A DNA stretch of 64,000 nucleotides from Porphyridium purpureum (Eukaryota), in assembly GCA_008690995.1 (NCBI GenBank), contig VRMN01000011.1, positions 496,001 to 560,000 of the forward strand. The letters run 5' to 3'. The translations under genes and the position numbers were made by a program. Under the pieces are notes generated by a model. That model worked only from the letters and a program-made list of their open reading frames with translations. It was not told where the DNA came from and did no database searches. How positions within the stretch are numbered: the stretch's first letter is position 1; every line of letters begins with the position of its first letter. Below are positions 10,612-19,546 of this stretch, one piece after another.

Positions 10612-11879
10612 GGTCCGTGGCTCAAGCCACCGTCCGGATACGGCGCACGTGGTGCTCCACCTTGGCCCGCGGGGCGATGCACTCCCCCATCGGCCCGTGG
10701 CCATCCATTGCGGCAATCCCTCTTCAAGTGTCCAAGTTCGCCGCACTGCCAGCACTGCGGCTGTCCGGGCAAAGCAGTCGGAAGGGCTTGGCGCTTGGCC
10801 TGTGGCCCGAAGCTCTCGACCTGGTACACATCCTCTGCGTACAGGCCGTAGTCACGACCGCGCTTCTGGATCGTCGTGCCCGGGACCTCGCCTATGCGGC
10901 CCACTCTCTCGCGGCCAAGCGGGCGTTGCTGGCCAAACGGAGGAAGCGGGCGACTCGGTAGACCCTTCAAACCATCTTCACCGACGTGGTCCACCAGAGC
11001 TGAGCGCAGCTTGGTGAACGAGACGCTCACGCCGATCATGCGGACCGTGTTCTTCAAGAACGCGGAGTCCATGGCTTCGATCAACACGTCCTTCTTGTCC
11101 TCGTCGTCCATCTTGAGCCCGTCAGCCTTGGTCTCCAGGTCGTTCAGAAAGACACTCAAGCTGGCTTTCCCCGGTTGGAACTTCATGCGGCGGAGCTCGG
11201 CTTTCAAAGCCTGGCGGTGCTCGACATTGAAAAACATGGACTCCAGTGCCTTCCACACACGGTTCGCTGCGCCGGGCCCTGCCGCATCGACATCTTTGAT
11301 CACGGCTTGGTACCTTGACACCGCGGGCCCACCAAAGCAAGCGCTGATGTGCTCCGCGACATTGTCCCTTGCGAGGCCAAGTGTGTCCGCGTGCGACTCC
11401 CAGCAGGTCCGCGACGCGAAGAAATGAGCGTCACCTGGGGCCTTGATAAGAACTTGAGCACTGCGGACCGCCTCGCGAAAGGTTGCTGCGAGCTTCAACT
11501 GCTCCTCCCAGAACGACCGATCCATGGTACGGCCCGAGGTCTGCGCCGAGTTGCGGCTGTGCGCCTGGGCCTCCAGTTCAGCAACGCGAGCGCGAAGGGC
11601 CATCACTTCGGCTCCGCCCGGTGCAGCTAGGTCTCCAACCGGGACAACGGACTCTGCGTCGGCTGCGGCTTCCAGGTGACCTGGCGTCCCCTGCTCATTG
11701 TCGACAGCTTCACCCTGGTGCTCCACGACAGGCCCGTCTTCTGGCGCTGGGCCCCCGGCACGAGCGGCCCCTGCTTCGATGATCGCGGATCCGCTGCGTG
11801 GCTCCCCAAGTCCTGCCACAACTGCTGCCTCGCGAGGCCCACCTGCCTCTCCAACTCCTGCCCCACGCCCACGCGCCAT
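10581..11879 (-). CDS. gag: Element C Gag with CCHC zinc knuckle
   Basis: CWQCGELGHLKRDC. First ATG at 11879, just downstream of the 5' LTR. Confidence 0.88.
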   Translation of the reverse strand: MARGRGAGVGEAGGPREAAVVAGLGEPRSGSAIIEAGAARAGGPAPEDGPVVEHQGEAVDNEQGTPGHLEAAADAESVVPVGDLAAPGGAEVMALRARVAELEAQAHSRNSAQTSGRTMDRSFWEEQLKLAATFREAVRSAQVLIKAPGDAHFFASRTCWESHADTLGLARDNVAEHISACFGGPAVSRYQAVIKDVDAAGPGAANRVWKALESMFFNVEHRQALKAELRRMKFQPGKASLSVFLNDLETKADGLKMDDEDKKDVLIEAMDSAFLKNTVRMIGVSVSFTKLRSALVDHVGEDGLKGLPSRPLPPFGQQRPLGRERVGRIGEVPGTTIQKRGRDYGLYAEDVYQVESFGPQAKRQALPTALPGQPQCWQCGELGHLKRDCRNGWPRADGGVHRPAGQGGAPRAPYPDGGLSHGPKNGQWGSKQ

Positions 11880-11936
11880 CCTATCCCACTCCCAACCCCA
11901 CACTTCCTCGCTCCCACACGACCAATTTGCAAATTA

Positions 11937-12228
11937 TGTCACAAACGGAGCTTCTTTTCTTTACTTCTTCTTCTCTCCTCCTCTACCTACTCTCTTCTTC
12001 CTAGCCTTTTTTCTTCGTTCGGCTGCCGCTCGCTCTGTTTTATACCCGCCTTCCGGCGCCGCAACGGCTTGCCCGGCGGGTTCAGCCCTCGGAATAACCC
12101 AATCCCGCGGCCCTCAACATAACTCAGCTGTACCACACGGTACACCCACAGCTGTACTTTCAGTACACTTAGGGACTGTACCTCTGCGTACTCGCTGTAC
12201 TGAGACCTGCATCAGGTCGCTCGCGACA
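11937..12228 (-). repeat. 5' LTR of element C, with TATA-like GGTATAAAAC at 12037-12046
   Basis: Direct repeat of 6002-6293. Confidence 0.95.
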
Positions 12229-13765
12229 TTCTTCCAATAGGTAGGGGAACGTCCTCCTCCAAGTTCCCGGACACACGCGCCTCGGCCGTATTCGTAGGCA
12301 ACACCATAGTCTCTTGACTATCCGGTTCTTCCTGCCTAGAGTGAAAGTCGATTTCACCCTCACGTGCCGAGACCTCCTCGTCATCCTTTGTTTCCAAAAT
12401 CCGCATTGGAAACACTTCAGGGAACGCCTTGAAGTCCTGAGTGCGAGTCAGCCTCGGTGCCGCACTCGTCCACTCCTCCTGAGGAAGGACCCAGATTGCC
12501 AGCGGATGCTCCGCAACTCCAACAAGGACTCCAATCTTTCCTCTGGGTGCATACTTGTTCTCAGGTTGATCATTCTTGAACACCACCTTGCATCCAAATG
12601 GTACTGCTACCTTCCCCCGCTTCCATCTCTCACCGTACCTCATTTCATACGGAGACTTCCCAGACCTCTTGTCTGGGTGCAGCCGATTGAACATGAAGAC
12701 GAAATGCTGAGCGGCATGCAAAAACCACCGCTTTCCCAGCCCAGACTGCAGGAGATTTGCTCGTACCCCCTGATTCAAAGTATGATGGAAACGTTCCTGT
12801 TCAGCGTGGCTATTTGGTCTATGTGGGACGCCAATCTCATGCTTCACGAGATTCTCCCGTACCAAATTGCTCACATTTCCCCTGAACTCGTTTCCATCAT
12901 CTGTCCTCAGTACCTTTGGCCATCCTCGCCCGGCTTGCACGCTTGTCCAAGCTTCAGCAACCGCCGTATGCGTTTTGGCTCTCAATCCTGCCAGTGTGGC
13001 CCACCTCGTCGCTCTATCGATGTGCGTCAGTATGTACTTTGCTCCATCGGTGGCTTCCACGTTACGTCCGGGCTCCACCAGGTCGATCCCAACTTCGTCA
13101 TTGAACGACAAAGTGGACAAGTCCTTCTCCAGCCTTCTTGCTGGTCGGCTCTTGATCTTGGCCACAACACACGTCTCACAATCATCCCGCATCGGCATGT
13201 GAGTCAACGCATGTTCCATCCCGGCCATCTTTCCTTCGACCTCTTCACTGGCACTCTCCTCTTCTCCATCGCACGCTTGATTTCCGCTTGACTCGGAAAG
13301 AGCGTCCACGACATTCACCATCGCACAATCTTCCACATTTTTAAGTCCCAAGTCCATCGAACCCCTCTGCCAATCAATCCTCGGGTTCACGCGACTCAGC
13401 CAGTCCCACCCGAGAATTGCATCCATTTGCAGAGGCCCGACATAAAACTTGACCGGCCCTTTCCAGAACCCAAGATCAACATGCTGCAACACCGGGCCAT
13501 GCACTAAGACACTTTGCCCACCCGCAAGCTTGACCATTCCGTTCTCGCGCCCTTCAAATCTGCCGACAAAGCGAGATCCAAGAAAATTGTGCGATGCTCC
13601 GCTGTCCACCAGAAATTGGACAGACTCGCCATCTAAAGTTCCACGCTTGTAGAGCAACCTCGACGCCGCATCAGCGCGCCAGACCTCACCTACAAAGCCC
13701 ATCCCGGGAGGTTCCGTTCCCCTCGAGTGCACCTCCCAACTTCTCCCTCGAGGTTTTAGTTTTCC
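12229..13765 (-). CDS. pol: Element A pol, 5' part: Gypsy-type aspartic protease and Copia-type integrase
   Basis: FLVDSGASHNF...DAILGWDWL..VNPRIDW; HALTH..DCETC; GIDLV, RTDDGNEF, QERFH; PFGCKV...KYAPRGKIGVLVG. Removing C and one TTCT restores the frame: ...VPLPIGR|RGKRKPSVAWSREED. Confidence 0.93.
13704..13765 (-). promoter_or_regulatory. -1 frameshift signal of element A: G_GAA_AAC, 5-nt spacer, H-type pseudoknot
   Basis: Heptamer 13759-13765 directly before the gag TAA. Stem 1 is CCTCGAG/CTCGAGG and stem 2 is GGGAGGT/ACCTCCC. Confidence 0.8.
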
Positions 13766-14712
13766 GGGCCTCCCGCCAAGTGCCCATTCCGCTTTGGGCA
13801 ATTGGGTTTGATGTGGCCGCGCTGCCCGCAATGGTAGCATCTGACTTTGCCCACGTCCGCATGCTTGCGCTTCTCCGGCTGGCGTTTCTCCACGACGCCC
13901 AAATCCATTGGCGCCGTCCCGGCATACGACGAGCTGTTCCGGTAGTTTGGACTAGAGGCGCCATGAAAAGCCTCCCTCATGTCTCCTCCAAACCTACCAA
14001 CCTGCTCCGCAGCCAACGCCGCCCTCAGCGACTCTTCCAGCGTCTTCGTGTCCTGACGCGCCACCTCAAGGCGAAGCTTCTCCTTCAGGCCGAGAGTGAA
14101 GATGGTGTTGAGCTCGGCATCCGTCACACTATCCACTGACAGGGCCACCATCCTCAGGCGCTGCTCAAACTCAGCAACAGTCATCTTGCCCTGCTTCAGC
14201 TGATACAAGTTCGTTCGAGCAGTCAGGTATGCCTGCGGCGGCTCAAATGCCGTCCGCACGAAGTTCGCGAACGCATTCCAACCGGACTCGGCCAGTGCCA
14301 TCCTCTGTTCCTCAGGGCGAGCTGCCCACAACAGCGCGGCATCCTTCTCAAAGAAGCGCGACGCTACGATCACCTTCTGAGACTCCAGCGCTCCAGCTGG
14401 CATGCACATGTCCAAGTCTTGCTTCATCCTCGACAACCACTCGTTCACAACGAGTTTGTCGCGCTGTCCGTCGTATTTCCTCAAGCTGCGTCCAATCAGC
14501 GATGCAACGGTCCTTTCCGTTTCGCCGGGACCAGCTGACACAGATGCCTGATGCATCACATTCTGCAGCATCTCCTGCAAGAGGCGATTTCCCTCCTGCA
14601 GCTGCACAATCATCATTTCTTGTCCTCCGATACGAGCATGAAGCTGGTTGAAAGCTTCAATCCACGACGCGCCGCCCTGCAGGCCCTGCACGTCCATTCC
14701 CTCAGAATCCAT
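13756..14712 (-). CDS. gag: Element A Gag (Retrotrans_gag/Ty3-type capsid, PMDLG motif, CCHC knuckle), 318 aa
   Basis: LRKYDG, LYQLKQGKMTVAEF, FTLGLK, APMDLG, CYHCGQRGHIKPNC. Confidence 0.92.
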   Translation of the reverse strand: MDSEGMDVQGLQGGASWIEAFNQLHARIGGQEMMIVQLQEGNRLLQEMLQNVMHQASVSAGPGETERTVASLIGRSLRKYDGQRDKLVVNEWLSRMKQDLDMCMPAGALESQKVIVASRFFEKDAALLWAARPEEQRMALAESGWNAFANFVRTAFEPPQAYLTARTNLYQLKQGKMTVAEFEQRLRMVALSVDSVTDAELNTIFTLGLKEKLRLEVARQDTKTLEESLRAALAAEQVGRFGGDMREAFHGASSPNYRNSSSYAGTAPMDLGVVEKRQPEKRKHADVGKVRCYHCGQRGHIKPNCPKRNGHLAGGPEN

Positions 14713-14722
14713 CTTCGCCGAT

Positions 14723-14734
14723 GCGATGATACCA
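14723..14734 (-). promoter_or_regulatory. Primer-binding site of A (TGGTATCATCGC), probably for initiator tRNA-Met
   Basis: Abuts the 5' LTR. The first 8 nt match the TGGTATCA iMet-type PBS, and the same 12-mer occurs in B. Confidence 0.75.
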
Positions 14735-15543
14735 CTTTAAATTCTCGCACGCTTGATGATGACAAGCGCACGAGCCCGGATGACACAACCCTTCTCAGAT
14801 GACCGAACCCCAGCAACACGACGCACACGGCACAGAGAACACAACCACACGACGCACACAACACAGACGACGAATACCCGGGGCGTGGAAAATCCAACGT
14901 ATAGGGCCTCTACTATTGCCTTTCGCGTCGGCACAGACAGCACCGGTCTCGACAGGGGCAGGGTGTCGTAACGGACAAAGCCGCCGTCTGCCTTCAGTGC
15001 TCCAAGAGCACCGAAACCCCCCAGACACGATGTGCTGCTGGCTCTGCTACACAGGCTCAGCAAAAGGCCCCACGCCTTCCGACGACCACGCCCAGGCACC
15101 CGACACCAAAGAACAACTCTTCCTTTATTCTCTGTGTCGTACTCCCTTGCCTCTACTTCTTCCGCTCTAAAGAAAATCCGGGGAACCGCACAGGCCCGCG
15201 CCCATTATATACCCCGCCGTCCTTGCTGTCCTTGACGCGGAAGGGAGAAATTATTTCTCCCAAAAGGCTGGGCTTTCCTCCGTTCGTTCCACGGAACGAA
15301 GCCACAGCCAGCCACGTCAGCAAGCGGCTCAATGGGTGCCGGCCGGCCGCCAAGCGGCTCCTGCTTCCCTCGGACACGCGACTCCGGCTCCTCGGGGCGA
15401 AAGACAACAATGCACAAAACCAGAGGTACAGGGTAAAAAACCACGCGGGCGAAAAAGCCCCTGTACCTCAAAGAATTCCGAGACGCCGTACCTCTAGGTG
15501 TACACCCAGGGCGTCTCTCGGACCGGAACACTTTTAATCCATG
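14735..15543 (-). repeat. 5' LTR of element A (809 bp), with TATA-like GGTATATAAT at 15204-15213
   Basis: Direct repeat of 3311-4118. Confidence 0.95.
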
Positions 15544-15549
15544 GTTCTC

Positions 15550-16346
15550 CTTGGAATTTCTCCCTTTCTGCTTTGTAACCGAATCAACAAAACCGGATCG
15601 CTTCACCGATAACAGGAACTGGAAACCGCCACACCCCGGAAACTGACAAACCGACGACGAACCGACACACCGAAACGAACGGAAGGACAAGCAGGACAAT
15701 CAGAGAAAAGTGGCTAGAAAGGAAGAGAGGACAGAAAATTCAACTTATAGGGGACTACGAGAGGGAGTGGACCGGTCTTGACAAGTGAAGGGTGATGGAA
15801 GGTACGTTTAAACCCCAGCTGCCTTTTTAAAAACACTCCAGACCGATATCCGCTCGCACAACACGCTAGCGTGCCTCTCCCGCAAATCCAACCCAAGTCT
15901 TCCAACGACTGCCTCAATCCAACTAACCAATTCTCTTTTTATTCTATTTGCCCTTACCTCTTCTTCTACCTTGACCTGGAAATTCCTGGGAACCAGCTTG
16001 CCCCTTCGTCCTTTTATACCCTTCGTCCTTGCTCTTTCCAGCAAGGACGGGAGAACAAATTTCTCCAACAGGACGAATTTCCACCACAGGTTTTGATTCG
16101 TTCCACAACTCGCAACCACAGCCGGCCACGTATCCGGAAAATGGCCGGGAGGGCGCGTCAAGAACGAATCCAGAAGCTTCGGCCGGCCTTTGACCTTTGC
16201 ACAAGGCCACACAAAACGACAATGACAAACATTTCGCAGGTCCGAGATCATCACGCTTCTCGAACAATCTTTCATCATAGAACTTTCTAGGGTTTTGTAC
16301 TCAAAACCCTACGGCGTCTCTCGGGGCGGAACCCTAAAATTCCACG
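15550..16346 (-). repeat. 3' LTR of element B
   Basis: Direct repeat of 20514-21310. The pol stop (16334) lies inside it. Confidence 0.95.
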
Positions 16347-19300
16347 CTCCTCCTTCCGGTCTGAGGGACGCGTAACTTCTCCCAGCACTTAATGTGGCCC
16401 TCCGGAAATAAGGCCTTGGTCATTAAGTCCGCCACATTTTCGTCCGTCTTCACAAATGCCAGTTTCACAAGTTTCTGCTTTTCGCACACCTGATGCAACC
16501 AGGCCAAATCTGTTGCTCGGGTTATCGCCATATGATGCAACTTTGGCGAGTACCCCATCTCTATTGCTCGCATCACAGCTTGATTGTCACACATCAAAAT
16601 CACCGAGAACTCTCCGTCACGTATACTTCGCAAGAAAGACAATGCAGGAAACAACGAGAGTTGCACAGTTTCCTCTAGGGCGGCCAGCTCCGACTCTGAA
16701 GTCGACGAGCTCACGAAACGCTGCTTTCTTGAAGACCAATCCACTAGGTACTTGTAATCTCCAGCAACTAAGTACGTTGCTCTTCCAGAAGTCGACACAC
16801 GACTCTCTGGACAACCAGCAAAGTCAGCATCCGTGTATCCAAGAATGTTCACCCCTCTGATGCCTTCCTTGAGATTCCCCAACACGTGATACTCCAATGC
16901 TTCCCGAGGTGTTTTCAAATACTGCACGACTCGTACGAGCAGCCTTTCTGCTGCCACATTCCACTTGTCAACGTACCGGGCAATCATACCGACTGCATAC
17001 GCAATATCAGGTCGAACCGTTCTGGCGAGCCACATCAGCCTCCCGACGTGTTCTCTTACTTTCAAAGTCTTCCAGATGACTTGATAATTCAGAACTTCCT
17101 CGCCATCTAGCTTCTCAGATGGTGACTTCACGGCACGCAATACGCGTCTAATATCCTGCTCAAATTCCCGAATGACCACATCTTGATACTCTTGATTCGC
17201 CAAACTCACGCTCCCATTTTTGAGGGAAATGCTCGTCCCCAGGAATCTCAAGGATCCTCCTTCCGTCAATAGTTCTGGTGCTTTTTCTATGAGAAACTCT
17301 TGTTTCAATTCTTCGATGATTCCTGGGCGTTCCTCCTCTCGACAGGCTAATAGACCATCATCCACGTACAGAGCCAACAACGCAACTGACGAACTTGCAG
17401 CATTTCTCCGGACGTACACATTCTTTTCACCATGCACGAGCTTCCACTGGAACTTTTGCAATCTCCTCCGAGCATCTTGTGAGAAATCCGAGCCGCTCCT
17501 GGGCAAGCCATACAGCGCCTTTCTCAGCCTGACTACTGTGTCTTTTGAATCACAAATTTCACGCGGTAAGTATGCAAACGTAGGTGGCCCAGACAGGTCC
17601 GCATGGAGGTATGCCGAGCTGATGTCGAAACTAACAATCTGAAGGCCCAGAATTGCAGCCACAGCTATTATCATTCGGATAGCTGACAAACCAGCAGGCG
17701 TCTCATAATCAAAAATGTCATTCGTCGCAGCTCCATCGGACCCCCATATCCTGTTTCCCCCGGCCACCAAGCGGCACTTCACCTTGCGAAATTCTTCCGG
17801 CATCTCAGCAAATTTCAGACCGAAAATGAAATGTGTGCGTACGAAACGAGCACCAGGTTGCCTCCGGGCCTCCTCCAGCGTCAAGGGATTCTCATCCCAT
17901 ACCCCAAATCTCAGCATGGATTTGACTTCTTTTTCCATCGCGGCTCGTCCTTGCTCAGACGCTAACGCCGCTCCAGTTTTCAGCAAAGTCGTTAAGTTCA
18001 ACTGTGGGATCGTCACTGGACCACCCGTGCCTGCTGCCCGTTCCTCGTCAACCACTCTCACTTTCAATGCCTCGATCTCTTTCTCAAGCTCCGCTTCTCG
18101 AGCTCTGAGAGCATCGATACGACGATCCAAGTCCTGCACCGCTTCAACCGCGGATGGTTCGTCCACTTCTGGCAACTCTTCCTGCTGGCTCAGGCTCACC
18201 ATCTCTCGTTCAATTCCCTTTAAAGGGAACTCATGGGTAAATGCCTTAAAATCCTGAGTGCGAATTACTTTTGGGGTCTCACTCGTCCAGTCATCCCGAG
18301 GAAGCACCAAAATTGCCATCGGATGCTCTCCAACGCCGACGAGAATGCCAACTTTTCCTCGCGGTGCATACTTATTGTCAGGCTGATCATCTTTGTAGAC
18401 CACCTTGCACCCGAATGGCAAACTAAGATTTCTCGGCGACCATTTTTCACCACGTCGTAATTCAAACGGCGTCTTTCCAGACTTCCTGCCCACGTGAAGT
18501 CTATTCGTCATGAACGCAAAATGCTGCGCGGCGTGCATGAACCAACGCTTCCCGAGTCCGGCCTGCACAAGATTCGCACGGATTCCCTGATTCAGCGTGT
18601 GGTGAAACCGCTCCTGTTCAGCATGACTGTTTGGCCTGTACGGAATCCCCACCTCGTGCTTTATGAGGTGTTCACGCACCAGTCTCCCCACATCTCCCTT
18701 GAACTCATTCCCATCATCCGTTCGCAAAACCTTCGGCCATCCTCTCCCGGCTTGCACACTTTTCCAAGCGTCCGCAACCGCCGTGTGGGTTTTCGCACGT
18801 AGCCCCGCCAATGTCACCCATCCTGTGGCTCTGTCGATATGCGTCAAAATAAACTTTGAACCATCTACCGACTTCACATTTCGCCCAGGCTCCACCAAGT
18901 CAATTCCGACTTCATCATTGAATGACAATGCACTGACATCTTTCTCCAGCCTTCGGGCCGGGCGTCGCTTTATCTTCGCCACGACACACGTCTCACAGTC
19001 TCTTTGCATAGGCATGTGAGTCAACTCGTGTTCCGAAGCAGCCACGCTCTGATTTTTCCCGTCAAGCTCGGGAACCACTTCTTCAACATTTTCCAACGTG
19101 CATATTTCCTTCCCCTCGGGCCTCGTTTCCATCAGTCCCTTCTGCCAATCAATCTTAGGATTCACCATCTTGAGCCATTTCCACCCTAAGATGGCATCCA
19201 TACGAATGGGACCGATATAAAACTCGACGTTCCCTATCCAGAAACCGAGGTCCACCGCAAGCACAATGGGGCCGTGCACCTTCATTCTCTGTCCTCCCGC

Positions 19301-19546
19301 AAGCTCGACCATGCATTCATCGCAACTGGACTTTACGCTTGCGTCCAAGAATCGGGACCCCAGGAAATTATGCGACGCTCCACTGTCAATCAAGAAGTCG
19401 ATTTTTGAACCACTCACTTTCCCATGTTTGTAGAAGAGCCTTGACCTCGCACCCTCGTGCGCAACACCTTCCACAACACCCATTACAGGAGGCTCCATTC
19501 CCCTCGAGATCTCCTCCTGTCTTGGCTCTCGAGGTCTTAGTTTTCC
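16334..19546 (-). CDS. pol: Element B pol: PR, IN, leucine zipper, RT, RNase H (Copia order); -1 frame relative to gag
   Basis: FLIDSGASHNF; HELTH..DCETC; DDE core; KCRLVAGG, DISSAYLHADL, LRKALYGL, YVDD; GYTDADFAG, CDNQAV, ADLMTKAL. The frame is open from the slippery site at 19546. Confidence 0.95.
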   Translation of the reverse strand, partial: GKLRPREPRQEEISRGMEPPVMGVVEGVAHEGARSRLFYKHGKVSGSKIDFLIDSGASHNFLGSRFLDASVKSSCDECMVELAGGQRMKVHGPIVLAVDLGFWIGNVEFYIGPIRMDAILGWKWLKMVNPKIDWQKGLMETRPEGKEICTLENVEEVVPELDGKNQSVAASEHELTHMPMQRDCETCVVAKIKRRPARRLEKDVSALSFNDEVGIDLVEPGRNVKSVDGSKFILTHIDRATGWVTLAGLRAKTHTAVADAWKSVQAGRGWPKVLRTDDGNEFKGDVGRLVREHLIKHEVGIPYRPNSHAEQERFHHTLNQGIRANLVQAGLGKRWFMHAAQHFAFMTNRLHVGRKSGKTPFELRRGEKWSPRNLSLPFGCKVVYKDDQPDNKYAPRGKVGILVGVGEHPMAILVLPRDDWTSETPKVIRTQDFKAFTHEFPLKGIEREMVSLSQQEELPEVDEPSAVEAVQDLDRRIDALRAREAELEKEIEALKVRVVDEERAAGTGGPVTIPQLNLTTLLKTGAALASEQGRAAMEKEVKSMLRFGVWDENPLTLEEARRQPGARFVRTHFIFGLKFAEMPEEFRKVKCRLVAGGNRIWGSDGAATNDIFDYETPAGLSAIRMIIAVAAILGLQIVSFDISSAYLHADLSGPPTFAYLPREICDSKDTVVRLRKALYGLPRSGSDFSQDARRRLQKFQWKLVHGEKNVYVRRNAASSSVALLALYVDDGLLACREEERPGIIEELKQEFLIEKAPELLTEGGSLRFLGTSISLKNGSVSLANQEYQDVVIREFEQDIRRVLRAVKSPSEKLDGEEVLNYQVIWKTLKVREHVGRLMWLARTVRPDIAYAVGMIARYVDKWNVAAERLLVRVVQYLKTPREALEYHVLGNLKEGIRGVNILGYTDADFAGCPESRVSTSGRATYLVAGDYKYLVDWSSRKQRFVSSSTSESELAALEETVQLSLFPALSFLRSIRDGEFSVILMCDNQAVMRAIEMGYSPKLHHMAITRATDLAWLHQVCEKQKLVKLAFVKTDENVADLMTKALFPEGHIKCWEKLRVPQTGRRSVEF
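19485..19546 (-). promoter_or_regulatory. -1 frameshift signal of element B: G_GAA_AAC, 5-nt spacer, H-type pseudoknot
   Basis: Heptamer 19540-19546. Stem 1 is CCTCGAGA/TCTCGAGG and stem 2 is ACAGGAGG/CCTCCTGT. Confidence 0.85.

Larger units (their letters stand above)
6002..12228 (-). mobile_element. LTR retrotransposon C: intact chromodomain-bearing Ty3/Gypsy element (6227 bp) nested in pol of A
   Basis: 292-bp TG...CA LTRs at 6002-6293 and 11937-12228, with no difference seen by eye. 4-bp TSD TTCT (5998-6001, 12229-12232). Domain order gag, PR-RT-RH-IN-chromo. Confidence 0.95.
3311..15543 (-). mobile_element. LTR retrotransposon A: Gypsy-type gag/protease with Copia-type IN-RT-RNaseH and a Myb/SANT-like domain; about 6.0 kb once nested element C is removed
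   Basis: Direct repeats at 3311-4118 and 14735-15543, a 5-bp TSD GTTCT (3306-3310, 15544-15548), PBS, PPT, gag and a split pol. Confidence 0.95.

Noticed and set aside
14735..16346. Reading A and B as one tandem element sharing a central LTR, or as an assembly duplication
   Set aside because: The two adjacent LTRs are different sequences, each with its own partner and TSD, and the A and B coding regions differ at many synonymous sites.
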